DNA of 40,376 nt from Nitrosomonas sp. UBA6494 (GTDB lineage: Bacteria > Pseudomonadota > Gammaproteobacteria > Burkholderiales > Nitrosomonadaceae). The stretch is from the NCBI GenBank assembly GCA_002435335.1, contig DJMI01000003.1, forward strand, positions 1 through 40,376, written 5' to 3'. Position numbers and translations under genes: made by a program. The notes under the pieces are model-generated. The model was given only the letters and a program-made list of their open reading frames with translations, had not been told where the DNA came from and ran no database searches. Positions 9,798-21,977 of this stretch are shown in pieces (position 1 is the first letter of the stretch; each line of letters starts with the position of its first letter).

Positions 9798-11747
9798 TTA
9801 GTAAAGCCATAACGTTAAGATAACAAATATGCCAACAATCATCGTAAAAGCGTAGTGATAAATATACCCTGTCTGATAGCGCCTAACTATTGATGCAGTC
9901 AAACCTACTATTCGTGCAGCGCCGTTAACAAAGAAACCATCAATAATCTTCACATCGCCAATCTTCCATAAAACGGTTCCTAAAGTCCGTGTTCCACCCG
10001 CAAATAACCAAGAATAGATCTCATCAATATAATATTTTCGATCCAAAATGTTATACAGCGGTGTAACACTGCTTTTAATTTTTGCTGGAAGATCGGTTCT
10101 TACGCAATATAAGTACCACGCTGTAAAAATCCCGGCCATCGATAACCAAAACGGTGCGGTAACAAGTGCATGCACCATCATTCCACCAATCCCGGTAAAT
10201 TCAGCTCCTAATTTCTCTATAGCATCATGCTGCGGGAATACCTGTATCGCAGAATTGAAATAATCACCAAATACTATCGGACCTATAAACCATCCTGCAG
10301 CAACAGTCGGAATGGCTAGAATAATTAACGGTAACGTCACCACCCACGGCGATTCATGCAAATGTTCCTTTGTATGTTTATCCATGCGTGTCTGGCCATG
10401 AAATGTCATAAAAATCAGTCGAAAGGTATATAAAGCCGTCACAAAAACAGTTACCAAGACACAGAAATATGCAAAACCAACCCCGGGAATATTAGCCAAA
10501 TGAACCGCTTCTATGATTGCATCTTTAGAAAAAAAACCAGAGAAACCAGGAACACCGGCACTGGCCAATGCGGCAATAAACATAGTCCAATATGTGATTG
10601 GCATATATTGTTTAAGCCCCCCCATTTTCTGCATATTCTGCTCATGATGCATGGCAATGATGACTGAGCCCGCTCCCAAGAAAAGCACTGCTTTGAAAAA
10701 TGCGTGCGTCATCAGATGAAATATCGCTGCGGAATAAGCTGACGCTCCCAAAGCCACAGTCATATAGCCCAATTGAGATAAAGTAGAATAAGCGACAACT
10801 CGCTTAATATCATTTTGTACCACCGCCACAAGCGCCATAAACAATGTCGTTATACCGCCAATTACTAAAATAATGGATAATGCGGTATCAGAAAACTCAA
10901 ATAGCGGCGACATGCGAGCAACCATAAAAATACCAGCAGTTACCATCGTCGCTGCATGAATCAATGCCGAAATCGGCGTGGGGCCTTCCATAGAATCAGG
11001 TAACCAAACATGCAATGGAAACTGTGCAGATTTACCCATCGCACCTATAAACAACAAAACACAAATCAATGTAATCACTAGCCAAGAAGCGCCTGGAATT
11101 ATTTCAATTTTTTCTTCTACGACACCAGGTACCTGTGCAAATACGGAAGCGTAATCAAGCGTACCGAAGTACATCAATACCAATCCGATGCCAAGTAAAA
11201 AACCGAAATCGCCGACACGATTGACTAAGAAGGCTTTTAAATTCGCATAAATGGCTGTAGGACGCGTGTACCAGAAACCAATCAACAGATAAGATACCAA
11301 GCCAACCGCTTCCCATCCAAAAAACAATTGCAAAAAATTGTTCGACATCACCAGCATCATCATTGAAAACGTGAACAATGAGATATAGCTGAAAAATCGC
11401 TGATAACCAGGGTCACCGTGCATATAACCAATAGTATAAATATGCACCATCAGTGATACCAGACTGACAACAACCATCATAGTTGCCGATAATTGATCGA
11501 TTAAGAAACCAATTTCAAAAGAAGTATCCCCGGTTATTAACCAAGTATAAACACTGCCGTTGTAATTGTTGCCTTCCAATACATCCAGAAAAATAACAAT
11601 TGAGGCTAACAAAGAAACAAATACCAATGAAATGGTTACGCGATGACTCCATGCAGGGCCAATCAGACGCCCAAACAATCCTGCAATCAGTGAACCTAAC
11701 AAAGGTGCCAGTGGAACCAATAAATACAGTTTTTGCATCTCGATCAA
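9798..11747 (-). CDS. nuoL: NADH-quinone oxidoreductase subunit L (TTG start, or ATG at 11738)
   Basis: GWEAVGLVSYLLIGFW, NRVGD and GKSAQFPLHVWLPDSMEGPTPISALIHAATMV. Confidence 0.97.
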   Translation of the reverse strand: MIEMQKLYLLVPLAPLLGSLIAGLFGRLIGPAWSHRVTISLVFVSLLASIVIFLDVLEGNNYNGSVYTWLITGDTSFEIGFLIDQLSATMMVVVSLVSLMVHIYTIGYMHGDPGYQRFFSYISLFTFSMMMLVMSNNFLQLFFGWEAVGLVSYLLIGFWYTRPTAIYANLKAFLVNRVGDFGFLLGIGLVLMYFGTLDYASVFAQVPGVVEEKIEIIPGASWLVITLICVLLFIGAMGKSAQFPLHVWLPDSMEGPTPISALIHAATMVTAGIFMVARMSPLFEFSDTALSIILVIGGITTLFMALVAVVQNDIKRVVAYSTLSQLGYMTVALGASAYSAAIFHLMTHAFFKAVLFLGAGSVIIAMHHEQNMQKMGGLKQYMPITYWTMFIAALASAGVPGFSGFFSKDAIIEAVHLANIPGVGFAYFCVLVTVFVTALYTFRLIFMTFHGQTRMDKHTKEHLHESPWVVTLPLIILAIPTVAAGWFIGPIVFGDYFNSAIQVFPQHDAIEKLGAEFTGIGGMMVHALVTAPFWLSMAGIFTAWYLYCVRTDLPAKIKSSVTPLYNILDRKYYIDEIYSWLFAGGTRTLGTVLWKIGDVKIIDGFFVNGAARIVGLTASIVRRYQTGYIYHYAFTMIVGIFVILTLWLY

Positions 11748-11783
11748 TAATTACTTAAAAAGATAGATGAATATTTTATGAAA

Positions 11784-12089
11784 CTATCCTTGCAGCTTGT
11801 CTAAATCATCAACATTAATTGTGCGAAGATTACGGAATAATACGACGAGAATTGCAAGTCCAATCGCTGATTCTGCTGCCGCAACTGTAAGAATAAAAAA
11901 AACAAAAATTTGCCCGGAAATATCTTGAAGATAATGAGAAAAAGCAACAAAGTTCAAATTGACTGCCAATAACATTAACTCAATTGACATCAACAAAATA
12001 ATGACATTTTTCCTATTCAAAAAAATACCAACAACGCCAATTGCAAATAAAATCGCCCCAAGAACTAAATAATGCGATAACGATATCAA
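11784..12089 (-). CDS. nuoK: NADH-quinone oxidoreductase subunit K
   Basis: MSIELML and [12 protein letters not shown]; TTG start with AGAGGT SD. Confidence 0.96.
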   Translation of the reverse strand: MISLSHYLVLGAILFAIGVVGIFLNRKNVIILLMSIELMLLAVNLNFVAFSHYLQDISGQIFVFFILTVAAAESAIGLAILVVLFRNLRTINVDDLDKLQG

Positions 12090-12142
12090 ACTAGACTACC
12101 TCTTGTTATTTGGTAAACAATATAAACATACGATAAGCACAA

Positions 12143-12748
12143 TCAATCTTTTTTAATTGTCGAAATTGATACTATACGTAATCGATCCTCTTTCTTTACT
12201 TTAACTTGTTTGGATGAATCTGTAGGTCTTTTATCTTCGCGATGCCGCAATGTCAAAGCAATAGCAGCAACCATGGCAACTAAAAGCAATACTGCAGCCA
12301 ATTCGAATGCATACACATATTCTGTATAAATCAAACGCCCTAATTCACGTGTATTACTGTAATCAGCATCATGAGGCATCGGAGCCGGCATTTCTTCAAG
12401 CCCAAAATATTTACCCATTAAAACCAGCGACATTTCAGCAACCATGATTAACGCAACCATTGCACCAAAAGGAAACCACTTCCAGAATCCTTCACGTAAT
12501 CGATCCAAATTGATATCCAACATCATGACTACGAATAAGAACAACACCATTACTGCGCCTACATAAACTAAAACCAAAGTGATTGCTAGAAATTCAGCTT
12601 CGAGTAATAGCCACAGACCAGCACAAGTAACAAATGACAGTACCAATAATAAAGCAGAGTTGACTGGATTTCGCATAGTAATCACACCCAATGCTGCCGC
12701 GACTAAAATTGCCGAGAAAATATAAAAAAGTATGTCTTGAAAGCTCAT
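12143..12748 (-). CDS. nuoJ: NADH-quinone oxidoreductase subunit J
   Basis: AEFLAITLVLVYVGAVMVLFLFVVMML. Confidence 0.96.
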   Translation of the reverse strand: MSFQDILFYIFSAILVAAALGVITMRNPVNSALLLVLSFVTCAGLWLLLEAEFLAITLVLVYVGAVMVLFLFVVMMLDINLDRLREGFWKWFPFGAMVALIMVAEMSLVLMGKYFGLEEMPAPMPHDADYSNTRELGRLIYTEYVYAFELAAVLLLVAMVAAIALTLRHREDKRPTDSSKQVKVKKEDRLRIVSISTIKKD

Positions 12749-12767
12749 TTGCGTTTACCAGCCAGAA

Positions 12768-13256
12768 TCAACGATAGCGCGCATCTGCTTCGCGGTCTTT
12801 AGCAATTTGTTCTTCATAGCGATCTCCTATAGCCAGAAGCATTTCCTTGGTATAAATCAGATCGCCTCGTTTTTCACCGTGATATTCCAGTATGCGCGTT
12901 TCAACAATAGAATCCACCGGGCAAGACTCTTCACAAAATCCACAGAAAATACACTTTGCTAAATCAATGTCATAGCGTGTTGTTCGCCGTGTACCATCAG
13001 CTCGTTGCTCGGAATCTATAGTAATAGCCATTGCAGGACAAACCGCTTCGCACAATTTACATGCAATGCAACGCTCTTCTCCATTTGGATAGCGACGTAA
13101 TGCATGCAATCCTCTAAAACGAGGAGATAAAGGTGTTTTTTCCTCGGGAAAATGTACTGTAATTTTCGGTTTGAATAGGTATCGACCTGTTACGGCCATC
13201 CCTTTCAACAATTCAAACAGTAGAAATGTACTAAAGAAATTCTTTATACGATTCAT
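12768..13256 (-). CDS. nuoI: NADH-quinone oxidoreductase subunit I
   Basis: Two CxxCxxCxxxCP motifs ([12 protein letters not shown] and [12 protein letters not shown]). Confidence 0.97.
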   Translation of the reverse strand: MNRIKNFFSTFLLFELLKGMAVTGRYLFKPKITVHFPEEKTPLSPRFRGLHALRRYPNGEERCIACKLCEAVCPAMAITIDSEQRADGTRRTTRYDIDLAKCIFCGFCEESCPVDSIVETRILEYHGEKRGDLIYTKEMLLAIGDRYEEQIAKDREADARYR

Positions 13257-13267
13257 TATTATCTCTA

Positions 13268-14368
13268 TCAGAACCAGATATTTAATGGAAATGTATTTCT
13301 CATCGTCTCAGGCAATTGCATAATGCCGCCTAGAACCACTATCCAAATCAATGTGATTGGGATAAAAACTTTCCAACCTAATCGCATGATTTGATCATAA
13401 CGATACCGTGGAAAAGTAGCACGAAACCACAAGAATAAAAACAAAACAAATGCAATCTTCAAAAGTAGCCAAACAAACCCCGGAATCAAAGTAAACGGCA
13501 TTATGTCTATTGGAGGCAACCATCCGCCTAGAAACATAATAGAAGTTAAGGTTGCCACCAATATCATGTTGGAATATTCAGCCAGGAAAAAAACAGTAAA
13601 TGCCATTCCTGAATAATCAACATGAAATCCTGCTACTATTTCCGATTCACCTTCAGCCACATCGAACGGTGCTCGATTAGTTTCCGCAACGCCGGAAATC
13701 AGATAAACCAGAAACATTGGAAACAGAGGTATTAAATACCAATTCAATAAACTACTGCCTTGTTGACCGTTTACAATGTCACCTAAATTCAAGCTTTGAG
13801 ACATCATTAAGACACAGACCAATGCAAATCCCATAGCCAGTTCGTATGATACGACTTGTGCAGCAGAACGCATCGCACCTAAAAAAGCGTATTTGGAATT
13901 GGAAGCCCATCCAGCAATAATAATGCCGTATATCCCCATTGATGTCATCGCCAAAATATAAAGCAAACCGGCATTAATATCGGCAAGAACCAATTCAGGA
14001 GAAAAAGGAATAACCGCCCAAGCTGCCAAGGCAGGCATAATGGTCAATACAGGTGCCAAGATGAAGAGAAATTTATTTGCGCCAGTCGGTATGACGATTT
14101 CCTTCATAATAGCTTTAACAGCGTCCGCAATTGGTTGACCCCAGCCTCGCAACCATGGGATGCCAAAGAAGGTGACTCTATTGGGACCAACCCGTATTTG
14201 CATGTACGCAATAATCTTTCTTTCCGCAAAGGTCAGATAAGCAACGCCTAACAATAATGGAACAACGATAGCAAAAATGAAGGTCATATTAGAAGCAAGC
14301 GTATATAGCATCGCTCCCCATTCAGTCCCAAACAAATCGATAAATTGTTGTTGAAAATATTCCATCAA
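13268..14368 (-). CDS. nuoH: NADH-quinone oxidoreductase subunit H
   Basis: ERK...[25 protein letters not shown] and PRYRYDQIM. Confidence 0.97.
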   Translation of the reverse strand: MMEYFQQQFIDLFGTEWGAMLYTLASNMTFIFAIVVPLLLGVAYLTFAERKIIAYMQIRVGPNRVTFFGIPWLRGWGQPIADAVKAIMKEIVIPTGANKFLFILAPVLTIMPALAAWAVIPFSPELVLADINAGLLYILAMTSMGIYGIIIAGWASNSKYAFLGAMRSAAQVVSYELAMGFALVCVLMMSQSLNLGDIVNGQQGSSLLNWYLIPLFPMFLVYLISGVAETNRAPFDVAEGESEIVAGFHVDYSGMAFTVFFLAEYSNMILVATLTSIMFLGGWLPPIDIMPFTLIPGFVWLLLKIAFVLFLFLWFRATFPRYRYDQIMRLGWKVFIPITLIWIVVLGGIMQLPETMRNTFPLNIWF

Positions 14369-14382
14369 TTAAGCTCCAATCA

Positions 14383-16797
14383 TCATGATAATTTTTCTAT
14401 GACGATCTCACCAAACATTGCGCCCAAATCTATCGTTTTGGGATGTGAACTCGCAATGCGAACGCAATTGTCTGGTAGTTTATTATCTTGTGCCGCTTCC
14501 ACTTGTACGGTTCCGTTTCCCTGTTTGACCCTTATTTGCTCCCCAGCAGTAACACCAAGGCTTTCAAGTAGCGTAGCAGGCATCCATGCTTTGGGCGGCA
14601 ATGCATCACTCGTCGCTTGCAAAGATTCCGCGCGTCGCACAATCGGGTCGGCTTGATAAATTGGCACTTCTCCTATCCTCTGTATCCCTTTCTGTTCATG
14701 TCTACCAATCGAGACGCTGGTTATTTTTAAACCATTATCAAGGTATTTAGCAATCTCAGTGCCTGCAGGAAAAATTTCATCTCTTACTTGCTCTGTTGTT
14801 TCATAGTCAAATTTCCCCATTCCCAACAAATTTGCAAGAACGCGTAACACTTTCCAACCAGGCCTTGCATCTCCTAGAGGAGATACTACTCCATTAAAGC
14901 TTTGCACAGATCCCTCTGTATTGACAAATGTACCAGATGTCTCCGTAAATGGAGTTATTGGCAATAAAACATGAGCGTAATTTTGTGCATTCCCTTTATA
15001 AGCACTAAGCGATACGACAAATTCACTGGATAAAAGCGTTTTTAAAGATTGCTGTGAGTTGTAAGTATCGAATTCAGGCTCGATATTCATCAAAATAAAT
15101 GCATTACATTTATTTTTTTCGTTATCTTCATGAGAGCCTAGAAGCTGCGCTGCATTTAATCCGGAATTAGTTTGCTCAATTTTTGCAGGGATCGATATTG
15201 CATTAATTTCAGGTACAGCACCGGCCAAATAGGCACCAACATTATTGGCTGCTTCACCCAGAACACCGTAATTAGCGCCGGTTAATTGCGCTATCAATCC
15301 TGCTAAAAAGTTGATCGTTGAATAGTTCGGGTGATGTTGCGCCATATTCCCAACATAAACCACTGCAGGTTGGTTTTCAATCAAACTGGAAGCAATAGCC
15401 GACGCACTTGACGAAGGTGTCATGTTAATCGTATCGATCAATTGTTTAATTTCGTTATTCTGATCAACACCTTTTATTTCAACAATTGCCTTGAGTATTT
15501 CAGCCAGTGCGTTGATTATGGCATCCGGAGCAACTATTACCCTGTTCTGAATCTTCATTAATAAATCATCGTCAACTGAATTGACAATACTAAGCTTTGC
15601 GCCATTTTTAACTGCTTGCCGCAATCTTTGTGCAATCAACGGATGATCTTTACGCAGTGTGCTGCCAATAATAAGTGCTGATTTCACATGCGATATCGAA
15701 GCAATACTGGTTCCGAGCCATGGTATTCCTTTCAATTGCCTGTCAGAACGAAAATCTGATTGACGTAAACGGTGATCAATATTGCCACTGCCCATAGTGC
15801 GCAGCAGTTTTTGTAACAAATACAGTTCCTCTATCGTACTATGTGCTGACCCTAACGCCGCAATGGATTCGGCACCATACTTTTGCTTGATTTCTTGCAA
15901 CGCATTAGCTGTATATGTTAATGCCTCTTGCCACTCACATTCGATCCATTCACCGCTTTGTTTGATCATTGGTTTGGTCAAGCGATCTTCTGAGTTAAGG
16001 CCTTCATATGAGAAACGATCCTTATCCGACAACCAACATTCGTTGATAGCTTCATTTTCACGAGGCAATACGCGCATAACTCGATTTTGCTTAATTTGTA
16101 CCACCAAATTCGAGCCAAGCCCGCAATGTGGACTTATGGATTTCCGACGCGCCAATTCCCAAGTGCGCGCCGAATAGCGGAAAGGCTTACTGACTAAAGC
16201 ACCAACCGGACAAAGATCGATCACATTACCGGACAACTCCGAATCGACAGTTTTTCCAACAAACGTAAGGATTTCAGAATGCTCTCCACGACCCGCCATA
16301 CCCAATTCCATGATGCCCGCAATTTCCTGCCCGAACCGGACACATCGCGTACAATGAATACAGCGAGTCATATCTGTCGAAATCAATGGTCCAAGGTTCT
16401 TATTGACTACAACTCGTTTTGCTTCAGCATAACGCGATTCACTGGCGCCATAACCAACCGCTAAGTCTTGCAATTGACATTCTCCGCCTTGATCGCATAT
16501 CGGGCAATCCAATGGATGATTGATCAACAAGAACTCCATTACACCTTTCTGTGCCGTCACTGCTTGCTGGGAATGAGTATATACCTTCATTCCATCCATA
16601 ACAGGCGTCGCGCAAGCGGGTAAAGGTTTCGGAGCTTTCTCGACTTGCACTAAGCACATGCGACAATTAGCTGCAATGGATAATTTCTTGTGATAACAAA
16701 AATGCGGAATATAAACGCCAATCTGCTTGGCACCATCCATGATGGTGCTTCCTTTGGGTACAGATACTTGCTTACCGTCGATTTCTATATTGACCAT
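14383..16797 (-). CDS. nuoG: NADH-quinone oxidoreductase subunit G
   Basis: IPHFCYH...NCRMCLV, NHPLDCPICDQGGECQLQD and RCIHCTRCVRF Fe-S motifs. Confidence 0.97.
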   Translation of the reverse strand: MVNIEIDGKQVSVPKGSTIMDGAKQIGVYIPHFCYHKKLSIAANCRMCLVQVEKAPKPLPACATPVMDGMKVYTHSQQAVTAQKGVMEFLLINHPLDCPICDQGGECQLQDLAVGYGASESRYAEAKRVVVNKNLGPLISTDMTRCIHCTRCVRFGQEIAGIMELGMAGRGEHSEILTFVGKTVDSELSGNVIDLCPVGALVSKPFRYSARTWELARRKSISPHCGLGSNLVVQIKQNRVMRVLPRENEAINECWLSDKDRFSYEGLNSEDRLTKPMIKQSGEWIECEWQEALTYTANALQEIKQKYGAESIAALGSAHSTIEELYLLQKLLRTMGSGNIDHRLRQSDFRSDRQLKGIPWLGTSIASISHVKSALIIGSTLRKDHPLIAQRLRQAVKNGAKLSIVNSVDDDLLMKIQNRVIVAPDAIINALAEILKAIVEIKGVDQNNEIKQLIDTINMTPSSSASAIASSLIENQPAVVYVGNMAQHHPNYSTINFLAGLIAQLTGANYGVLGEAANNVGAYLAGAVPEINAISIPAKIEQTNSGLNAAQLLGSHEDNEKNKCNAFILMNIEPEFDTYNSQQSLKTLLSSEFVVSLSAYKGNAQNYAHVLLPITPFTETSGTFVNTEGSVQSFNGVVSPLGDARPGWKVLRVLANLLGMGKFDYETTEQVRDEIFPAGTEIAKYLDNGLKITSVSIGRHEQKGIQRIGEVPIYQADPIVRRAESLQATSDALPPKAWMPATLLESLGVTAGEQIRVKQGNGTVQVEAAQDNKLPDNCVRIASSHPKTIDLGAMFGEIVIEKLS

Positions 16798-16853
16798 CGG
16801 CTAAAATACTTAAGTTAGTGGTTAATTTTCAATTAACTGTTTTTTATTGTTTG

Positions 16854-18131
16854 CTAAACCATGCACTTTTTATGCTCGATATGGTAAGCAAATTCATCAC
16901 GAAAATGTTGTATCATCGCGCGCACAGGCATAGCAGCAGCATCACCCAATGCACAAATCGTCCTTCCTTGAATATTGTCGGCAATATTATCAAGTAACTC
17001 CATGTCTTCAGGACGACCTTTTCCATGCTCAATGCGATGGACAATTCGATAAAGCCAACCCGTTCCTTCACGACAAGGTGTGCATTGCCCGCAAGATTCT
17101 TCAAAATAGAAATAAGACAAACGCTCCAAGGCGCGCACCATGCAAGTCGTTTCATCCATGATGATAACAGCTCCTGAACCAAGCATAGAACCTGCTTTTG
17201 CAATCGAATCGTAATCCATGTCAGTTTGCATCATGACATCGCCGGGCAACACTGGCATTGATGAACCACCAGGAATACACCCTTTCAATTTCCGCCCGCC
17301 ACGCATACCGCCCGCCATTTCTAATAATGTAGCAAATGGAGTACCCAGCGGTATCTCATAGTTACCTGGTTTATTGACGTGACCTGAAACAGAGAAAATT
17401 TTTGTGCCGCCATTATTAGGCTTACCCAATTTCAGATAACTGTCTCCATCATTCCGTATTATCCATGGAACAGACGCAAAAGTTTCCGTATTATTAATGG
17501 TCGTCGGTTTGCCATAAAGCCCAAAATTAGCGGGAAAGGGAGGCTTAAATCGCGGTTGCCCTTTTTTTCCTTCAATCGACTCTAGCAATGCAGTCTCTTC
17601 GCCGCAGATATAGGCACCGTAACCATGATGGTTGTATAGCTGAAAGCTAAATGGCGAACCAAGAATATTGTTACCAAGATAACCCGCCTTACGCGCCTCA
17701 TCAACCGCCTCTTCCATTCGCTCGTAAGTTTCCCAAATTTCACCGTGGATATAATTGTAGCCAGCCTTAACGCCCATTGCGTATGCCGCTATAATCATAC
17801 CCTCGATCAACAAATGGGGGTTATACCGCAAAATATCGCGGTCTTTGAAAGTGCCGGGCTCACCCTCATCGGAATTACAAACAATATATTTGTCGCCTTC
17901 ATATCCTTTCGGCATGAAGCTCCACTTCAATCCAGTAGGAAACCCAGCTCCGCCCCGTCCACGCAATGCCGATTTTTTTACCTCATCAATAATTTCTTCC
18001 GGAGTAATTTTTTTACTCAGGATTTTCCTTAGTGCAGCATAGCCCTCTCGTTTCTCATAGCTTTTAAGCCGCCAATTATCAGGATCAGATGGATTGACAC
18101 CATACATTAATGTCAGTGGAAACTGATTCAT
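16854..18131 (-). CDS. nuoF: NADH-quinone oxidoreductase subunit F
   Basis: [26 protein letters not shown] and [12 protein letters not shown]. Confidence 0.97.
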   Translation of the reverse strand: MNQFPLTLMYGVNPSDPDNWRLKSYEKREGYAALRKILSKKITPEEIIDEVKKSALRGRGGAGFPTGLKWSFMPKGYEGDKYIVCNSDEGEPGTFKDRDILRYNPHLLIEGMIIAAYAMGVKAGYNYIHGEIWETYERMEEAVDEARKAGYLGNNILGSPFSFQLYNHHGYGAYICGEETALLESIEGKKGQPRFKPPFPANFGLYGKPTTINNTETFASVPWIIRNDGDSYLKLGKPNNGGTKIFSVSGHVNKPGNYEIPLGTPFATLLEMAGGMRGGRKLKGCIPGGSSMPVLPGDVMMQTDMDYDSIAKAGSMLGSGAVIIMDETTCMVRALERLSYFYFEESCGQCTPCREGTGWLYRIVHRIEHGKGRPEDMELLDNIADNIQGRTICALGDAAAMPVRAMIQHFRDEFAYHIEHKKCMV

Positions 18132-18604
18132 TTGCTCAGATCCTCTAATAACCGATCAATCTTCTCATTGGACATAAAACTGCACATGCGTTTGTTATTG
18201 ACGAGTAATACTGGCGCATCCCCACACGCACCGAAACATTCACCCTCTTTAAGGGTGAATTTTCCGTCCGGAGTTGTTTGATTGAAACCAATTCCCAGTT
18301 TTTGTTTAAGATAAGCAGCAGTATCATTGCTTCCTGACAATGCGCATGGCAAATTGGTACAAACCGTTATTTTGTATTTCCCAACCGGCTCCAGGTTATA
18401 CATATTGTAAAAAGTAGCCACTTCATAAACAGCAATAGGCGGCATGCCTAAATATTCTGCAACAAAATTCATTGTCTCATCAGCCAACCATCCTTTTTCT
18501 TCCTGCGCTATTGCAAGAGCAGACATGACAGCCGACTGTTTTTGATCGGCCGGATATTTTGCAATCTCTCGATCAATTTTTTTTAAGGATTCCGCGCTTA
18601 ACAT
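18128..18604 (-). CDS. nuoE: NADH-quinone oxidoreductase subunit E
   Basis: VATFY and the [2Fe-2S] ligands CTNLPC and ECFGAC. Confidence 0.96.
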   Translation of the reverse strand: MLSAESLKKIDREIAKYPADQKQSAVMSALAIAQEEKGWLADETMNFVAEYLGMPPIAVYEVATFYNMYNLEPVGKYKITVCTNLPCALSGSNDTAAYLKQKLGIGFNQTTPDGKFTLKEGECFGACGDAPVLLVNNKRMCSFMSNEKIDRLLEDLSK

Positions 18605-18606
18605 CG

Positions 18607-19860
18607 TTATCTATCTATCTCACCAAATACAATATCCTGAGTACCAATAATCGCCACCACATCAGAGATCATATGTCCACGCGACATTTCGTCGAGAGCT
18701 GCCAAATGTGCAAAACCCGGTGCGCGTATTTTCAAGCGATAGGGTTTATTTGCCCCATTCGAAACCAAATAAATCCCAAACTCACCTTTTGGATGCTCAA
18801 CTGCCACATAAGCTTCCCCGGGTGGCACATGAAAACCTTCAGTAAACAACTTGAAATGATGAATCATTTCTTCCATATTTTGTTTCATACTGATACGTGA
18901 CGGAGGAGCTACTTTATGATTATCAGTAATAACCGGTCCCGGGTTTTTACGGAGCCATTCAACGCATTGTTTGATAATCCGATTAGATTGACGAAATTCC
19001 TCCATCCGCACCAAATATCGATCGTAACAATCTCCATTTACACCGACCGGTATATCAAAATCCAATCTATCGTATACTTCGTAGGGTTGCATCTTTCGCA
19101 AATCCCATTCGACGCCCGAGCCACGCAACATCGGTCCTGTAAAACCCAATGCTTTTGCACGTTCCGGGGATACAACGCCAATATCAACCAGCCGCTGTTT
19201 CCAAATCCTATTATCGGTCAGGAGTGTTTCATATTCATCAACATAAGTTGGAAAACGATTAGTGAAATCCTCGATAAAATCGAGTAAAGATCCCTCTCTA
19301 TTCGCATTTCTTATCCGAGTCTCTTTTTCATTATGAATCTTCGAAGGTGCATATTTCGGCATTGTATCGGGTAAGTCCCGGTAAACGCCACCTGGTCTAT
19401 AATAGGCAGCATGCATTCTCGCACCCGAAACCGCCTCGTAACAATCCATCAAGTCTTCTCTTTCTCGGAATGCATACAAAAACATTGTCATAGCACCGAC
19501 ATCGAGTGCATGCGCGCCAATCCACAATAAATGATTAAGAATACGAGTAATTTCGTCAAACATTACTCGTATATACTGCGCACGAATGGGCACCTCGATT
19601 TGTAACAATTTTTCAATGGCCATGACATAAGCATGTTCGTTGACCATCATCGAAACATAATCCAAGCGATCCATATAAGGAACAGACTGAAGATACGTTT
19701 TGTTTTCCGCTAATTTTTCTGTAGCACGGTGCAATAGCCCTATATGTGGATCCGCTCTGCGAACCACTTCCCCATCCAATTCCAACACCAAACGCAATAC
19801 GCCATGCGCAGCAGGGTGTTGTGGACCAAAATTCATGGTGTAATTACGTATTTCAGCCAT
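18607..19860 (-). CDS. nuoD: NADH-quinone oxidoreductase subunit D
   Basis: [23 protein letters not shown] and C-terminal DIVFGEIDR. Confidence 0.98.
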   Translation of the reverse strand: MAEIRNYTMNFGPQHPAAHGVLRLVLELDGEVVRRADPHIGLLHRATEKLAENKTYLQSVPYMDRLDYVSMMVNEHAYVMAIEKLLQIEVPIRAQYIRVMFDEITRILNHLLWIGAHALDVGAMTMFLYAFREREDLMDCYEAVSGARMHAAYYRPGGVYRDLPDTMPKYAPSKIHNEKETRIRNANREGSLLDFIEDFTNRFPTYVDEYETLLTDNRIWKQRLVDIGVVSPERAKALGFTGPMLRGSGVEWDLRKMQPYEVYDRLDFDIPVGVNGDCYDRYLVRMEEFRQSNRIIKQCVEWLRKNPGPVITDNHKVAPPSRISMKQNMEEMIHHFKLFTEGFHVPPGEAYVAVEHPKGEFGIYLVSNGANKPYRLKIRAPGFAHLAALDEMSRGHMISDVVAIIGTQDIVFGEIDR

Positions 19861-19921
19861 AAGTTACTTCTAGTAAATCTTGTGTTAAAAAATGCATAGC
19901 CATTAACAAGAACTGTTTGCG

Positions 19922-20542
19922 TTACGATTCACGATCCCCATAAAACTCCTCGCGAATAACATGCGGGGTTATTTCCCGAGGGTCTATTGTAACAGGTTGA
20001 TAAACAACACGCTTTTGGTCAGCATCATAGCGCATTTCAACATAACCAGTTATCGGAAAATCTTTTCTAAATGGATTACCGATAAAGCCATAATCAGTCA
20101 GAATGCGCCGCAAATCAGGATGGCCTGCAAAAATGATTCCATAAAGATCGAAAGCTTCACGCTCGAACCAATTAGCTACTGGCCAAATGTCAGTAACCGA
20201 ATCAACCGTTGGAAGTTCATTATCTTCGGCTAACACTCGCACACGCAGTCTCTGGTTCTTCTCAACTGAAAGCAAATGATAAATGACTGCAAAACGTCTA
20301 CCACGCAACCGATATTTGGTCGACAATTCATCCCCAAAAGTAGAATAGTCAATACCACATAAATCCATTAAGGTATCGAATCTTAATGCTGAGTCATCTC
20401 GCAACAGTCGACTTACTACTAAAAAATCAATTGCATCAATCGTAATAGTTAATTCACCATGCTGCATTCTGTGATCAACTATTTTTTCTCCAAGCGCATT
20501 ACGCAATGCCTCAAAAATAACTTCTTGATTAATCGTTTGCAT
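19922..20542 (-). CDS. nuoC: NADH-quinone oxidoreductase subunit C
   Basis: [39 protein letters not shown]; not fused to NuoD. Confidence 0.96.
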   Translation of the reverse strand: MQTINQEVIFEALRNALGEKIVDHRMQHGELTITIDAIDFLVVSRLLRDDSALRFDTLMDLCGIDYSTFGDELSTKYRLRGRRFAVIYHLLSVEKNQRLRVRVLAEDNELPTVDSVTDIWPVANWFEREAFDLYGIIFAGHPDLRRILTDYGFIGNPFRKDFPITGYVEMRYDADQKRVVYQPVTIDPREITPHVIREEFYGDRES

Positions 20543-20547
20543 AACTG

Positions 20548-21024
20548 TTAGCGTGCAATCGTATTGGTTTTATTAATCTTATTTTGCAACTGGATAATAC
20601 CGTACAACAGGGCTTCAGCCGTAGGAGGACAACCTGGTACATAAATATCAACCGGAACAATACGATCACAGCCACGAACAACAGAATACGAGTAGTGATA
20701 ATATCCACCACCGTTTGCACATGAACCCATCGATATGACCCATCTTGGCTCGGCCATCTGATCATAAACTTTTCGCAATGCGGGCGCCATCTTGTTACAT
20801 AAAGTTCCGGCCACAATCATCACATCCGATTGACGTGGACTTGGTCTGAAGACTATGCCAAAGCGATCCAGATCATAACGCGATGCCCCTGTTTCCATCA
20901 TTTCCACAGCGCAGCAGGCCAGACCAAAAGTCATCGGCCACATCGAACCTGTCCGCCCCCAATTAATAATGGAATCTAGGCTGGTTGTAATAAATCCTTT
21001 TTCTAATACCCCTTCTATACTCAT
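20548..21024 (-). CDS. nuoB: NADH-quinone oxidoreductase subunit B
   Basis: [20 protein letters not shown] and YVPGCPP. Confidence 0.98.
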   Translation of the reverse strand: MSIEGVLEKGFITTSLDSIINWGRTGSMWPMTFGLACCAVEMMETGASRYDLDRFGIVFRPSPRQSDVMIVAGTLCNKMAPALRKVYDQMAEPRWVISMGSCANGGGYYHYSYSVVRGCDRIVPVDIYVPGCPPTAEALLYGIIQLQNKINKTNTIAR

Positions 21025-21028
21025 AATA

Positions 21029-21385
21029 TCAATCCCACTCTAACGCACCTTTCATCCATTCATAAACAAAGCCCACTACCAGGATGCTTAGAAATACGAT
21101 CATTGCAATAAAACCAAATAGACCAATTTCATCGAGTACGATAGCCCATGGAAATAGAAAAGCAATTTCCAAGTCAAATAAAATAAATAAAATTGCAATC
21201 AAATAATAACGAACGTCGAATTTCATTCGCGCATCTTCAAATGCATCAAATCCACATTCATAAGATGATAGTTTTTCTTTATCAGGACGATTAGGCGCCA
21301 ATAACCACCCGCAAAGCATAGGCACCACACCGACAAGAAATCCCACGATAAGAAACAACAATATTGAAAAATAATTCTCTAGCAT
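21029..21385 (-). CDS. nuoA: NADH-quinone oxidoreductase subunit A (start corrected to ATG 21385)
   Basis: [16 protein letters not shown] and GALEWD; 118 aa from MLENY. The longer ORF call runs into the tRNA. Confidence 0.95.
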   Translation of the reverse strand: MLENYFSILLFLIVGFLVGVVPMLCGWLLAPNRPDKEKLSSYECGFDAFEDARMKFDVRYYLIAILFILFDLEIAFLFPWAIVLDEIGLFGFIAMIVFLSILVVGFVYEWMKGALEWD

Positions 21386-21424
21386 ATAAATCTTATAATT
21401 AAATTGATCTTTGAGGCAATTTAA

Positions 21425-21509
21425 TGGTGCCGATGGCGAGACTCGAACTCGCACAGCTTTCGCCACCGCCCCCTCAAGACGGCGTGTCTACCAATTCCAC
21501 CACATCGGC
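21425..21509 (-). tRNA. tRNA-Leu(GAG)
   Basis: Reverse complement GCCGATGTGGTGGAATTGGTAGACACGCCGTCTTGAGGGGGCGGTGGCGAAAGCTGTGCGAGTTCGAGTCTCGCCATCGGCACCA: 85 nt, long variable arm, anticodon GAG, encoded CCA, canonical position after secG. Confidence 0.97.
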
Positions 21510-21573
21510 GGCTAAACTATGCGCCTTTTTCGATACGTTAACACTCGCAGGTTGTCTCTTATGAGATCTTAAG

Positions 21574-21960
21574 CTATTCCGGTATTTGATTAACTTTTGA
21601 TTTGCCTTCTACTTCTGATTTTGTCGAATCGACTTGATGTGCGTCAATCTCATCGCCTGTTTCAGACGAAGAAGATCCATTTGTTTCTTCCGATTCATTC
21701 ACAAAGCTCATTACACTATCACTGTTCACTGGATTTGCAGAAAAATAAGTAAGGCTCATACTGGTAATAAAAAACATCGCAGCAACAAAACCGGTCGTAC
21801 GACTCAGAAAAGTAGCCGATCCACTGGGACCAAACAAGCTTCCTGCAGACCCACTTCCGAAAGCGGCACCCATATCAGCCCCTTTCCCATGTTGCAACAA
21901 AACCAATCCGATCAATACCGCGGCTAAAATAATATGTGCCACCCAGACCAATGTTTCCAA
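21574..21960 (-). CDS. secG: Preprotein translocase subunit SecG
   Basis: [17 protein letters not shown], two TM segments and an acidic tail; TTG start with GGAG SD. Confidence 0.95.
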   Translation of the reverse strand: METLVWVAHIILAAVLIGLVLLQHGKGADMGAAFGSGSAGSLFGPSGSATFLSRTTGFVAAMFFITSMSLTYFSANPVNSDSVMSFVNESEETNGSSSSETGDEIDAHQVDSTKSEVEGKSKVNQIPE

Positions 21961-21977
21961 CTAATTACTCCAAAAAA

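Noticed and set aside
6725-21385. Unusual complex I (extra NuoM, fused or missing subunits)
   Set aside because: All 14 subunits are present once in canonical order with intact motifs; NuoC and NuoD are separate, as is normal for betaproteobacteria.
21386-21466. N-terminal extension of NuoA in the ORF track
   Set aside because: It is translated tRNA-Leu and spacer sequence; the real start is ATG 21385.
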